Of a stretch of DNA of 64,000 nt, positions 50,163-59,022 are shown in pieces (positions within the stretch are counted from its first letter, which is position 1; every line of letters starts with the position of its first letter). The position numbers were made by a program, and so were the translations under genes. The DNA is from Promethearchaeota archaeon (lineage in GTDB: Archaea > Asgardarchaeota > Lokiarchaeia > Sigyniarchaeales > SOKP01), in NCBI GenBank assembly GCA_030599585.1, contig JAUVNS010000007.1:209694-273693 (forward strand), written 5' to 3'. The notes under the pieces were generated by a model, which saw only the letters and a program-made list of their open reading frames with translations, ran no database searches and was not told the origin of the DNA.

Positions 50163-51059
50163 TTATTTTTCTTTATTTTCTTCTTCTAATTTTTTTTTTT
50201 CTTGTCTAACTCTTAATTCTTCAGCTCGAGATAAATCCTCTTCGCTTATTTTTAAGTAATTCATTATTTTCTTCTTAAATATTCGACGTAATGGCATCCC
50301 GAAGTAGTAATTATCTCCCTTAGTTGTATTAAATTTTGTGGCTGCAGCCATAGGTAATAAGTAAGAATTTTCTTTTAAATCGCCCCCAGGTCCAATTTGA
50401 TTGAATCCGCCAAGGGTGACATTTTCCCCTAATACAATTTTAAAGTAAATAATATTTCCGAAGATCCCTTCTACTACATGAGTACATAGCGTGGAATTTA
50501 CGCCAATATAGCAATTTTTACCAACGATTATGTTTCTATCGTTAAGTACCGATTCTTCAAATGTGGTGCCTTTATCAATAACGCCAGCACCCACAAAATT
50601 GAGAAACCAATTAACCAACCAAGGGAAAAATCCTTTCATGAAAGCGTTCTTTCCGTATTTAATCATGAAGCTTCTGTAGTGGTAAAAATCTGCTGTTTTT
50701 GAAGGTATGTCACGAGGAATTATACCATCCTTCGAAGGGCTCTTTTTTTCAGTATACCTCCAAAAAATTCGTGTAAACACTCCTAAGAAAAATAGGTGAG
50801 ATAAATAGAATATAATAACCACAAGTGGAATGGTTAAAAAAACAATTAAAGAATCAAGACTCGTAAGAATAACAATAAAACTTCCTACTTCTAAGAACAA
50901 GGGTTTTAAGATTAGGAAGAGGTAAAACATGAGAACTATGACTGGCACTAAATAAGAACCAACATAGATAGCAAAGAAGAATGCCATGTATTTATGATAC
51001 TGGAAGTGAACTAATTCCCGTGGAATATCCGATCCAGAATCACTTATATCTTCAAGCAA
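50163..51059 (-). CDS. 2-TM left-handed beta-helix acyltransferase-like protein (array member 2)
   Basis: SPSKDGIIPR, VGKNCYIG, THVVEG, YFGMPLRR. Confidence 0.8.
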   Translation of the reverse strand: MLEDISDSGSDIPRELVHFQYHKYMAFFFAIYVGSYLVPVIVLMFYLFLILKPLFLEVGSFIVILTSLDSLIVFLTIPLVVIIFYLSHLFFLGVFTRIFWRYTEKKSPSKDGIIPRDIPSKTADFYHYRSFMIKYGKNAFMKGFFPWLVNWFLNFVGAGVIDKGTTFEESVLNDRNIIVGKNCYIGVNSTLCTHVVEGIFGNIIYFKIVLGENVTLGGFNQIGPGGDLKENSYLLPMAAATKFNTTKGDNYYFGMPLRRIFKKKIMNYLKISEEDLSRAEELRVRQEKKKLEEENKEK

Positions 51060-51085
51060 AATCTAATACATTCCTCTCTATTTTA

Positions 51086-52006
51086 TTATGAATTCTCATC
51101 ATTTGTTACTTTTTTCTGTCTTTTTAATTTTTCATTCTCTTGTTTAACTCTTAATTTCTCAGCTCGTTCTAAATCTTCTTCGCTTACTTTTAAGTAATCC
51201 ATTATTTTCTTCTTAAATATTCGTCGGAATGGCATCCCAAAGTAATAATTATCCCCTTTAGTTTTATTATGCTTTGTCGCAGCCGCTATTGGTAAGAGAT
51301 ACGAGTTATCGCTTAACTCACATCCAGGCGCAATATTGTTAAATCCACCTAGTGTAACATTTTCGCCTAATTTGATTTCAAAAAAGACGATATTGCCAAA
51401 TATTCCTTCTACAAAGTGAGAAGATAATGCAGAATTAACACCGATATAGCAATTCCTTCCAACATTTATGTTTTTATCGGTAACAACTGATTCTTCTAAT
51501 GTGGAGCCTTTATTAATAACCCCAGTTCCTACAAAATTAAAGAACCAATTTGCTAACCAAGGAAAAACTCCTTTCATAAATGAGTTTTTTCCGTATTTTA
51601 GCATAAAAGATCTTATATGGTAATAATTAGCGGTTTTGGAACCGATATTTCGTGGAATTACGCCATCTTTCGTAGGACTTCTATATTCAGTGAACCTCCA
51701 GAAAATTCGAGATATTAAACCTACAATAAATAAGCGAGATAAGTAACTAACAACAATTACTAACGGCAAAGCTAAAAATGCCATTAACGAATCAATATTT
51801 GTAAATATAACAAGGAGGTTATCTACTAACAAGACATATGGAACAAATACAATAATTATGTAAGTCATAAAAATGATACCCGAGACTACATAAGACAAAT
51901 AATAAATTACAAAGAATATACTTAAGTACCAATGAAACTGGAGTTTAATTTTTTCTCTTGGAACTTCCGTATCGTCTTCATCATTACCTTCAATTTCATC
52001 TAGCAC
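51086..52006 (-). CDS. 2-TM left-handed beta-helix acyltransferase-like protein (array member 1)
   Basis: SPTKDGVIPR, VGRNCYIG, SHFVEG, YFGMPFRR; GGTGA RBS. Confidence 0.8.
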   Translation of the reverse strand: MLDEIEGNDEDDTEVPREKIKLQFHWYLSIFFVIYYLSYVVSGIIFMTYIIIVFVPYVLLVDNLLVIFTNIDSLMAFLALPLVIVVSYLSRLFIVGLISRIFWRFTEYRSPTKDGVIPRNIGSKTANYYHIRSFMLKYGKNSFMKGVFPWLANWFFNFVGTGVINKGSTLEESVVTDKNINVGRNCYIGVNSALSSHFVEGIFGNIVFFEIKLGENVTLGGFNNIAPGCELSDNSYLLPIAAATKHNKTKGDNYYFGMPFRRIFKKKIMDYLKVSEEDLERAEKLRVKQENEKLKRQKKVTNDENS

Positions 52007-52256
52007 TTCTATTCACCTTTCTTTTTTTTAATTTTTTTCTTGATTTCAATTAGGCTTCATAGTTAAGCTTACCAGATCAAATTTGAATTAGTTAATATAT
52101 ATTATAAGTAATACTCTACTTAATTTCTGTGGTTTTCTTTTAAAAATGCTAATTTGAAAATCATAAATCTGATCTATTTTCCTTTAAGAATAGAGAAGGG
52201 TGTATCTTGTGCTAAAATAATAGAGAAGAACAGCTTTTCCCCAAATTTAATATCTG

Positions 52257-52272
52257 ACAAAAATGTTAAATA
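52257..52272 (+). promoter_or_regulatory. Putative BRE/TATA promoter, copy 2
   Basis: ACAAAAATGTTAAATA, identical to 45111-45126. Confidence 0.6.
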
Positions 52273-52294
52273 GGATGTTATCTCATTTGTAATT

Positions 52295-52393
52295 TGATCA
52301 TTTCCGATCAAAGATATAGGATGGGCGTTCCTAATTGAAAAACGACTTCACCTATCTTAACTAAAACCTATCTTTGGTGTTAAAAAATGATCA
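52295..52393 (+). promoter_or_regulatory. Putative structured 5' leader, copy 2
   Basis: TGATCAT...ATGATCA closing stem; AAGATATAGG can pair (with a bulge) to either of two downstream CCTATCTT copies. Confidence 0.45.
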
Positions 52394-52444
52394 TTTTCGA
52401 AAACGGAAAAATTGAATTTGAAAAAAAATAGAGGAATAGAAAAA

Positions 52445-53080
52445 ATGAAAAAAACAAAAATAATTCTCGTAGCGGCTTTGGGAATTTGCATGTTAAGCTT
52501 TATGCCAACAGTACTAGGAAAAGCAGACGTTAGACCAATTTCGGACTTCACTGATACTAACGGTTATGTAGCAGCATGGATGGATCCTGAAACCAACTTA
52601 ATCATTTTCCCTCATGGATTTTTTGTAACTCCTCCAGGCTTCAACACTATTTCGGACTGCGAATACCATGGCTCTGTACTCGAGAGAGAATTGAAAGATG
52701 GACGAATTATGTATAAAATTAATTTGCACGTAAAAGGTGCCTATATGTTGGTCGGTGATTTTGGTATTAATCCATATGTATTTGAAGGCGAAATGGATTA
52801 TAATTTCCAAGTAACCATAATTGTTGAGGGAGAATTGGGTGGTCCTGTCCCAAATCTTATGGATATATGGTTTTTTGGTGCAGCAGGTGAAACACCATAT
52901 CTGCATATAACGGGGAGTGGTACCGGGACATTTCTAGTTGATGCATTTGGTTTCACTGCTGGGGATACTGCGAAAGTAAAAGTGAATCAAGTTGGTATTG
53001 TAATACCAGATGACCACCCCCAATATGATCCATTTTATGCACCATTTATGTATCCTGTAGAATTCGTCTTTTTCCACTAA
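52445..53080 (+). CDS. Secreted hypothetical protein (signal peptide)
   Basis: MKKTK + hydrophobic stretch + PTVLG-KA; ATG at 52445 after GAGG preferred to TTG at 52412. Confidence 0.75.
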   Translation: MKKTKIILVAALGICMLSFMPTVLGKADVRPISDFTDTNGYVAAWMDPETNLIIFPHGFFVTPPGFNTISDCEYHGSVLERELKDGRIMYKINLHVKGAYMLVGDFGINPYVFEGEMDYNFQVTIIVEGELGGPVPNLMDIWFFGAAGETPYLHITGSGTGTFLVDAFGFTAGDTAKVKVNQVGIVIPDDHPQYDPFYAPFMYPVEFVFFH

Positions 53081-53137
53081 AAAAGTCAAAAGCAAGTACT
53101 ATAACAAATTGAAGTAAAAAAATTATCTTAATTAAAC

Positions 53138-53220
53138 ATATAGAAAAGGAGAGGAACTTGTTTAGATACATGGCTTCTCGAAAGACCACACCTAAACCAA
53201 TTACCCTCCATTCTCTATAT
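53138..53220. repeat. Conserved long imperfect hairpin, copy 2
   Basis: Same architecture as 45853-45934, identical 40-nt core 53170-53209, followed by T9. Confidence 0.75.
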
Positions 53221-53346
53221 CTTTTTTTTTATTTTTAAAATTAATCTAAAAAAACTCACTATTTTACTATTTAATTAGTTTCAAAGACATTAAGAGGGTT
53301 GGAGAACGCTAAAAAAATTCGGAGTATTCATTTTTCAATGGACTAA

Positions 53347-53766
53347 CTAGCAATTTTGTGGATTTTTGCTTTTTAGAATTTCAATGTCTTTTTTGATATC
53401 TTTAGCATTCGGAGATTCACCTAATCCTAGTCCCGTTAAAATCTCTAATCCCTCTTCCAAATTTTTTAACGCCTTGAGATATTTTCCATTCGCGTAATGA
53501 ATTATCCCGATGTTATTAAGACGAATAGCTTTCCCGCTCAAATCTCCTAGTTGCTCGTCGATTTGTAGTGCCTGCTCGTACTGCTCCAATGCTTCTGGAT
53601 AGTTTTTTTTTGCTCGATAAACCTCTCCGATGTTGTTAAGGACAGTAGCTTTCCCGCTCAAATCTCCTAATTACTCGGCTACTTTTAGTTCCTCTTCGTA
53701 TCGCTTTAATGTTTCTGGATAGTTACTCTCTTTAAAATAAATCATCCCAATATTAATAAGAAAATT
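53347..53766 (-). pseudogene. TPR-repeat gene fragment with internal stop
   Basis: NFLINIGMIYFKESNYPETLKRYEEELKVAE*LGDLSGKATVLNNIG...; TAA at 53671-53673 where the next repeat has CAA (EQLGDLSGKA); 5' end missing. Confidence 0.7.
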
Positions 53767-54165
53767 ATAAGATTAGTAGGGTTCATAATTTAATTTCTTT
53801 TAGTAACAATTGAATCACATGTGTAAACAAATCATAAATCGAGCATGCAATTTTTGTTTAAAAGCAATCTACTACTTATTAACATAACAGTATCGACATA
53901 ATTACGACTCAATCAGCAAAAAATCTTATGCAAATAAATCGATAAAAACTAGTACGCGAATTACTACTAGATTCATGGATTTAGCAAATTAACCCACGAC
54001 TCGAATTTAGTAGTTTAATCAATCGCTTAATATCTTCCAAACAATAATTTTAAATTAGTGAAAAACTTAAATTAAGAATTAGGTTAAGGCATTAAAAATT
54101 TAAATTTAGTTAAAGACCTCGATAAAATTAACTAATTAACATAATCACAAATAAAGAGTAAGATA

Positions 54166-56421
54166 ATGACCGATAATTCGTTTTCGTTAGGAGATTTATA
54201 TCCTAAGTATGTAATTAACTCTAAAGGTGAAAAAAAAGAGTTTGAAGTTTCTAGCATAGCTAAAGTCTTAAATAAGGAAACTGGACTTGACATAAATATC
54301 GCAGAGAAAGTTACGGAGGAAGTCGTGCGTAAAATAATTGGGCTTGGGATTGATGAAATAACTACTAATTATATAAGGGAATTAGTCTGCGTAGAACTAA
54401 CTCAACGAGGGCTGAATAAATACCGAAATTTGTTTGCCCGTGCTATTAATTTAGAAAGCATCTCTTTTACGTTAGATGAAGCTTTCATTAATGAATTCAA
54501 AGGGAAACAACCAAAGTGGGGACCATTAGGACAAATTACTTACAAAAGAACGTATGCCCGATTTATTGAAAAGGAAGGGAGGAAAGAGGATTTTTGGGAA
54601 ACTATTAGGAGGGTCGTTGAAGGTTGTTATTCGATACAAAAAGAACATTGTATGAAGTTAAGCTTGCCTTGGAGCGATTCAAAGGCTCAAAGATCGGCTC
54701 AAATTATGTACCAGAAAATCTGGGATTTTAAGTTCTTACCTCCTGGAAGAGGACTTTGGATGATGGGCACTGAATTTATTGCTCGACATGGATCGATGTC
54801 GTTGAACAACTGCGGATTTGCCTCCACCGAAGACATCGATTTAAAATACTCAAAAGCATTTGAATTTGTAATGGATGCTCTAATGCTTGGTGTGGGTGTT
54901 GGATTCGATACTAAGGGTGCAGGAAAAATATCAATTAAGAAGCCTCAAGAAGGTGATATTGCTTTTGAGATCCCTGATAGTAGAGAAGGTTGGGTTGAAG
55001 CGCTTCGAATAGTTTTAGAAGCGTATTTCTTAGGGAAACAGCGCCCTATTTTTGATTATACTTTAATAAGATCTGCAGGTGAACCCATTAGAGGTTTTGG
55101 TGGAATTGCCAGCGGTCCTGCTCCATTAAAGGATATGTTAGAAAGCATTCAAGAAATTCTGGAAGTTAGAATAAATAAAGAAATAACATCCCTTGATATT
55201 TTAGACATCATGAATTTAATCGGAAAGTGCGTCGTAGCAGGAAACGTTAGGCGTAGCGCCGAAATTGCTCTTGGAGAAGCTACAGATTTGGATTTCATAA
55301 CATCTAAACAAGACGAAGAAAAACTGTATTCGCATAGATGGGCAAGCAATAATAGCGTATTTGCTGTTAAAGGATTAGATTACTCATTTATCGCAGATCA
55401 AATTGCTGTAAATGGTGAGCCAGGAATTTTTTGGCTTGAAAACGCTAAAATCTATTCTCGGATGGGAGATAAACCAGATTATAAGGATAAAAAAGCTGCT
55501 GGCGTAAATCCTTGTGGAGAACAGACTTTAGAATCGTTTGAACTTTGTTGTCTTGTAGAAACTTTTCCATCGCACCACGATACTTACGAGGAGTTTCAAG
55601 AAACTTTAAAGTTCGCTTATCTCTACTCTAAGTCCGTAACTCTCGTTAACACTCATTGGCAAGAAACCAATGCAGTAATGCTTAAGAATCGGCGAATGGG
55701 GGTTTCACAAACAGGAATAATTGAAGCATTTGTCAAGAACGGCAGGAGAACTGTGTTGGAATGGTGTAAAAAAGGATATAACTATTTACAAAAGTTAGAC
55801 GAACAATATTCTGGCTGGCTTTGTATACCGAAGAGTATTAAGTTAACCACCGTTAAACCTAGTGGTACTGTGAGTCTTCTTCCAGGTGTTCCTCCAGGAA
55901 TTCATTACCCTCATTCGGAGTATTACATTAGGCGGATACGTATTTCAAAGAATTCAGACTTGATAGAACCCATAAAAAAGGCAGGTTATTTCGTTGAAGA
56001 TGATTCTTATTCTCCCAATACAATTGTAGTTGAATTTCCTGTGCACGAACAATATTTCGAACGCTCAAAAAATGATGTTTCTATATGGGAACAAGCCGAA
56101 AATGCAGCAGATTATCAGAAATATTGGTCTGACAATCAAGTGTCTATTACAATTACATTTCAGCCACATGAAGCAAGTCAGATCAAACATGTCCTTGAAT
56201 GCTTTGAAGACAAATTAAAAAGCGTTTCATTTTTGCCAATTAAAGAACATGGTTACAAGCAAGCGCCTTACGAAGAAATAACTAAAGAAAAATATGAAGA
56301 AATGAGCTCAAACCTCAAACCTGTGTTCTTAGATGATACACAAGATAGAGCAATCGGAGAAAAATTCTGTGACAGCGATAAATGCGAAGTAAATTTCGAT
56401 GATAAGGTAATCAGCGGATAA
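54166..56421 (+). CDS. nrdJ: Class II (AdoCbl-dependent) ribonucleotide reductase, monomeric-type, with N-terminal ATP cone
   Basis: FLPPGRGLW, LNNC, GNVRRSAEI, NGEPG, NPCGEQ, KPSGTVS, C-terminal CDSDKC; N-terminal VINSKG-x-x-x-EF...TNYIRELV cone. Confidence 0.92.
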   Translation: MTDNSFSLGDLYPKYVINSKGEKKEFEVSSIAKVLNKETGLDINIAEKVTEEVVRKIIGLGIDEITTNYIRELVCVELTQRGLNKYRNLFARAINLESISFTLDEAFINEFKGKQPKWGPLGQITYKRTYARFIEKEGRKEDFWETIRRVVEGCYSIQKEHCMKLSLPWSDSKAQRSAQIMYQKIWDFKFLPPGRGLWMMGTEFIARHGSMSLNNCGFASTEDIDLKYSKAFEFVMDALMLGVGVGFDTKGAGKISIKKPQEGDIAFEIPDSREGWVEALRIVLEAYFLGKQRPIFDYTLIRSAGEPIRGFGGIASGPAPLKDMLESIQEILEVRINKEITSLDILDIMNLIGKCVVAGNVRRSAEIALGEATDLDFITSKQDEEKLYSHRWASNNSVFAVKGLDYSFIADQIAVNGEPGIFWLENAKIYSRMGDKPDYKDKKAAGVNPCGEQTLESFELCCLVETFPSHHDTYEEFQETLKFAYLYSKSVTLVNTHWQETNAVMLKNRRMGVSQTGIIEAFVKNGRRTVLEWCKKGYNYLQKLDEQYSGWLCIPKSIKLTTVKPSGTVSLLPGVPPGIHYPHSEYYIRRIRISKNSDLIEPIKKAGYFVEDDSYSPNTIVVEFPVHEQYFERSKNDVSIWEQAENAADYQKYWSDNQVSITITFQPHEASQIKHVLECFEDKLKSVSFLPIKEHGYKQAPYEEITKEKYEEMSSNLKPVFLDDTQDRAIGEKFCDSDKCEVNFDDKVISG

Positions 56422-56558
56422 GTTTGAAACCTTAACTTCAACTTTTTTTAAATTATATTAGTATAAAGTGAATAAGATTTTTAATCGGAAATCATATTAT
56501 TATTACTAAGAAATTTAAATTATTAAATTATAAAATTAGATTCTAAAAGTGATTAAAA

Positions 56559-57479
56559 ATTTTAAACGATCCTGAAGAAGATAAGAAAACAAGGAAAGAA
56601 CGCGAGAAAGCAAGAGATACACCTACAAAGAAGAAGAAAGCTACGAAGAAAGCAACGACAGTAAAACCAGGCGATGTTCCTAAACCCCCTTCAAAAAAAA
56701 TTGTTCATAAGAAATTTGTAGTTAATTTTTGGAGGACTCGGCTACACGACGAAGAATTGGGAGTACATCAACAGTTAAAGTATACTGCCAAAACTCGATG
56801 GTTTTCAAAAAATTTTGACATTGAAGGTAACATCTCAATTGATGGTGAAAAGAAATGTATCATAGCTTTTAATAAAGATCAATGGGAAGGCCCAATCGAG
56901 AAAAAAAGGCTTGTTTGCCGATATTTCACCACAATGGAAGAAACAATGGATTCAAAAGCCAAGGGCGGCAACTTTAAAGGTGGTATTGAGCTTAGCATAA
57001 CTCATTCTCTTATTCAAAGTTATGAAATAAAACACCCAGCTCCAGTTTTCTACGCTCAAATTCCCGGTGTGAAAGTTTTAATTCGATTCGTTAGGGGTTG
57101 GAGATTCTGGGGTACTCGTTGGACGTTCCCTCTCCTTCCAGAACAAAAAGGCGATAAGCTTCAAATGATCTTAGCTAAAGGAGTTGTTGGTCCGGGCAGG
57201 AACTATAAATTATATATCGGAAAAAAATTGATCGGCCGAGTTGATGGAAAACCAATAAAAAAAGAATACGAAATTGAAATTTACGACGAAGATTACGCTA
57301 AAGATAAAACTTTCGGGCGTTATATGATTTTGTTTGGTCTAACATGTGAATTCATGGACGATGCTAAGAAAATCGTTAAGAGATTGTTCAAAAAGATGAA
57401 ATCTACAGGTACTTCTGATTACATACCTCCGAAGTCTGAAATGGATTTATTCAGAAATCCACGTATGATGAGAAGATGA
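56559..57479 (+). CDS. Hypothetical protein (possibly LURP-one/Tubby-C-like), Lys-rich N-terminus, probable ATT start
   Basis: Frame open 66 codons upstream of track TTG 56757 with no ATG/GTG/TTG; GTGAT-N5-ATT at 56549-56561; in-frame TGA just upstream. Confidence 0.6.
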   Translation: MLNDPEEDKKTRKEREKARDTPTKKKKATKKATTVKPGDVPKPPSKKIVHKKFVVNFWRTRLHDEELGVHQQLKYTAKTRWFSKNFDIEGNISIDGEKKCIIAFNKDQWEGPIEKKRLVCRYFTTMEETMDSKAKGGNFKGGIELSITHSLIQSYEIKHPAPVFYAQIPGVKVLIRFVRGWRFWGTRWTFPLLPEQKGDKLQMILAKGVVGPGRNYKLYIGKKLIGRVDGKPIKKEYEIEIYDEDYAKDKTFGRYMILFGLTCEFMDDAKKIVKRLFKKMKSTGTSDYIPPKSEMDLFRNPRMMRR

Positions 57480-57553
57480 TCAAAAAGCTAAATTTAAAGA
57501 TAAAAACAAAAATAAAAATATAAAATTTTTTTATTTCTTAATTTTTTAAGTAT

Positions 57554-58333
57554 TTAAGAAAGCATACTTTTTTTCCACGATTTATATGCTCTAGTTTCTT
57601 TTCCGCGATAGATTGCTTTCTTACCCGTTTGTTTGCTGTATACTTTCTGAAGAGTTTCTTCATCTACTCCTTTTAATTCGTCTCTTTTGATTTGTTGATC
57701 GACTTCCTCTTCCTCTTCTATTCTTTTTACGCGTTTAAGTACTGTGAACACTCCGTGATTCCAAAGCACAAAAGCTAAATATACTAGAATAACGATTATG
57801 AATAGGACGAGTCCAATAAATAGAACCCATTCTCCAGGATTTGTAATAACTGATGAAAATAAAAAAACCCAGAAGTCTGCCACAATACCCCATAGAGATG
57901 GTAAAATTACTAGCAAGAATGTGATTACAAATAAATAAATACTCGCGAGAGTCACTGCTATTAAAAGTCTCAAAGTAGTGTAGTCTTCGTATTTTTTAGC
58001 TAGTACTCTGTCTTTGAATAATCGTTGGCATAACCTTAATATTCCTCCTCTGAATAATACGTAAAAAAGTACGAGTAAGAAAAGGTGGAGAACAATTATT
58101 CCGACAATAATAAGCACCCCTGCACCAAATCCCCAACCTTCAATAATCTTCCATCTATCTGATTCAATTAGCCAACCGATTATCGTTAGCCATATACCTA
58201 AAATTGTTGTAGCAGAAGCTATGATTATCGAATAATATATTGATTTAGCAATGCGTAAATCCCATGTACTATAATCGTCTAGTGGATCAGCTGATCTTTT
58301 AGGTTCTTTTCGAGCTTTTCTTGGCATTTTCAA
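57554..58333 (-). CDS. 4-TM membrane protein
   Basis: Four long hydrophobic segments and charged C-terminal tail. Confidence 0.7.
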   Translation of the reverse strand: MKMPRKARKEPKRSADPLDDYSTWDLRIAKSIYYSIIIASATTILGIWLTIIGWLIESDRWKIIEGWGFGAGVLIIVGIIVLHLFLLVLFYVLFRGGILRLCQRLFKDRVLAKKYEDYTTLRLLIAVTLASIYLFVITFLLVILPSLWGIVADFWVFLFSSVITNPGEWVLFIGLVLFIIVILVYLAFVLWNHGVFTVLKRVKRIEEEEEVDQQIKRDELKGVDEETLQKVYSKQTGKKAIYRGKETRAYKSWKKSMLS

Positions 58334-58444
58334 TTCCTCTTATTCTTTAGTTTTTGAAATTTAATTATATATTTCTATTTTAGTTTATTTGAATAGTTTT
58401 CCTATTTAAATATTATGTGATTGATAAGATAGTATAAATTGAAA

Positions 58445-58888
58445 TTAATAAGGCGTTTTCAGAGATGAATGGCAGTATGGGCACTTACTTATCCCTGCAT
58501 CGATGTCCTCACCGCAGTAGGGACAGAATGTCTCATCTTTGTCAGGTTTTCCATCTTCCATAATTTCTGATGACGATTCTGCTTCTGCTTTAACTTTCTC
58601 TTCCTTTGCTTTCCCCGCTTTTTTAAGAATTCTTTCCCTTTGCGACATAGGTTCTCCTTCTTCTTTAGATTTTACGTGTGGTTTACTTGAAATTTGTACT
58701 TTTGATCGACAGGTAGGACAATGGATCTTCTTCCGATTCGCATAAACAATAGCAAAAATTATCGCAGCGACTCCAACCGTCGCTAATGATACCATAACCC
58801 AGATTACCTTTTGAGATGTATTCATTGGTTCTTTAACAGGGTTCTCTACTTCTTTTTCACAAATCGTACAATACGCGTATTTTGTCAT
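58445..58888 (-). CDS. LITAF-like Zn-ribbon membrane protein with second C-terminal Zn ribbon
   Basis: CTIC - hydrophobic segment - HCPTC, then CPYCG...CPYC. Confidence 0.65.
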   Translation of the reverse strand: MTKYAYCTICEKEVENPVKEPMNTSQKVIWVMVSLATVGVAAIIFAIVYANRKKIHCPTCRSKVQISSKPHVKSKEEGEPMSQRERILKKAGKAKEEKVKAEAESSSEIMEDGKPDKDETFCPYCGEDIDAGISKCPYCHSSLKTPY

Positions 58889-59022
58889 AATCCACTTATT
58901 AATTAAAATTAATTAATTCTAATAATATTTTTAGAAATATATTTACATGCATTATTCATCTAATCTCATAAATTTTTTACTTACTTTTCATTTATGTAAT
59001 TACTAACCAACTTGGATTTTGC

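Noticed and set aside
53138-53220. Hairpin as canonical integron attC, hammerhead or hairpin ribozyme
   Set aside because: Lacks RYYYAAC...GTTRRRY ends and the CUGANGA or hairpin-ribozyme loop consensus; no integrase in the window.
53770-54165. NrdR boxes, cobalamin riboswitch or replication origin upstream of nrdJ
   Set aside because: No recognisable consensus; only short repeats such as ACGACTC twice.
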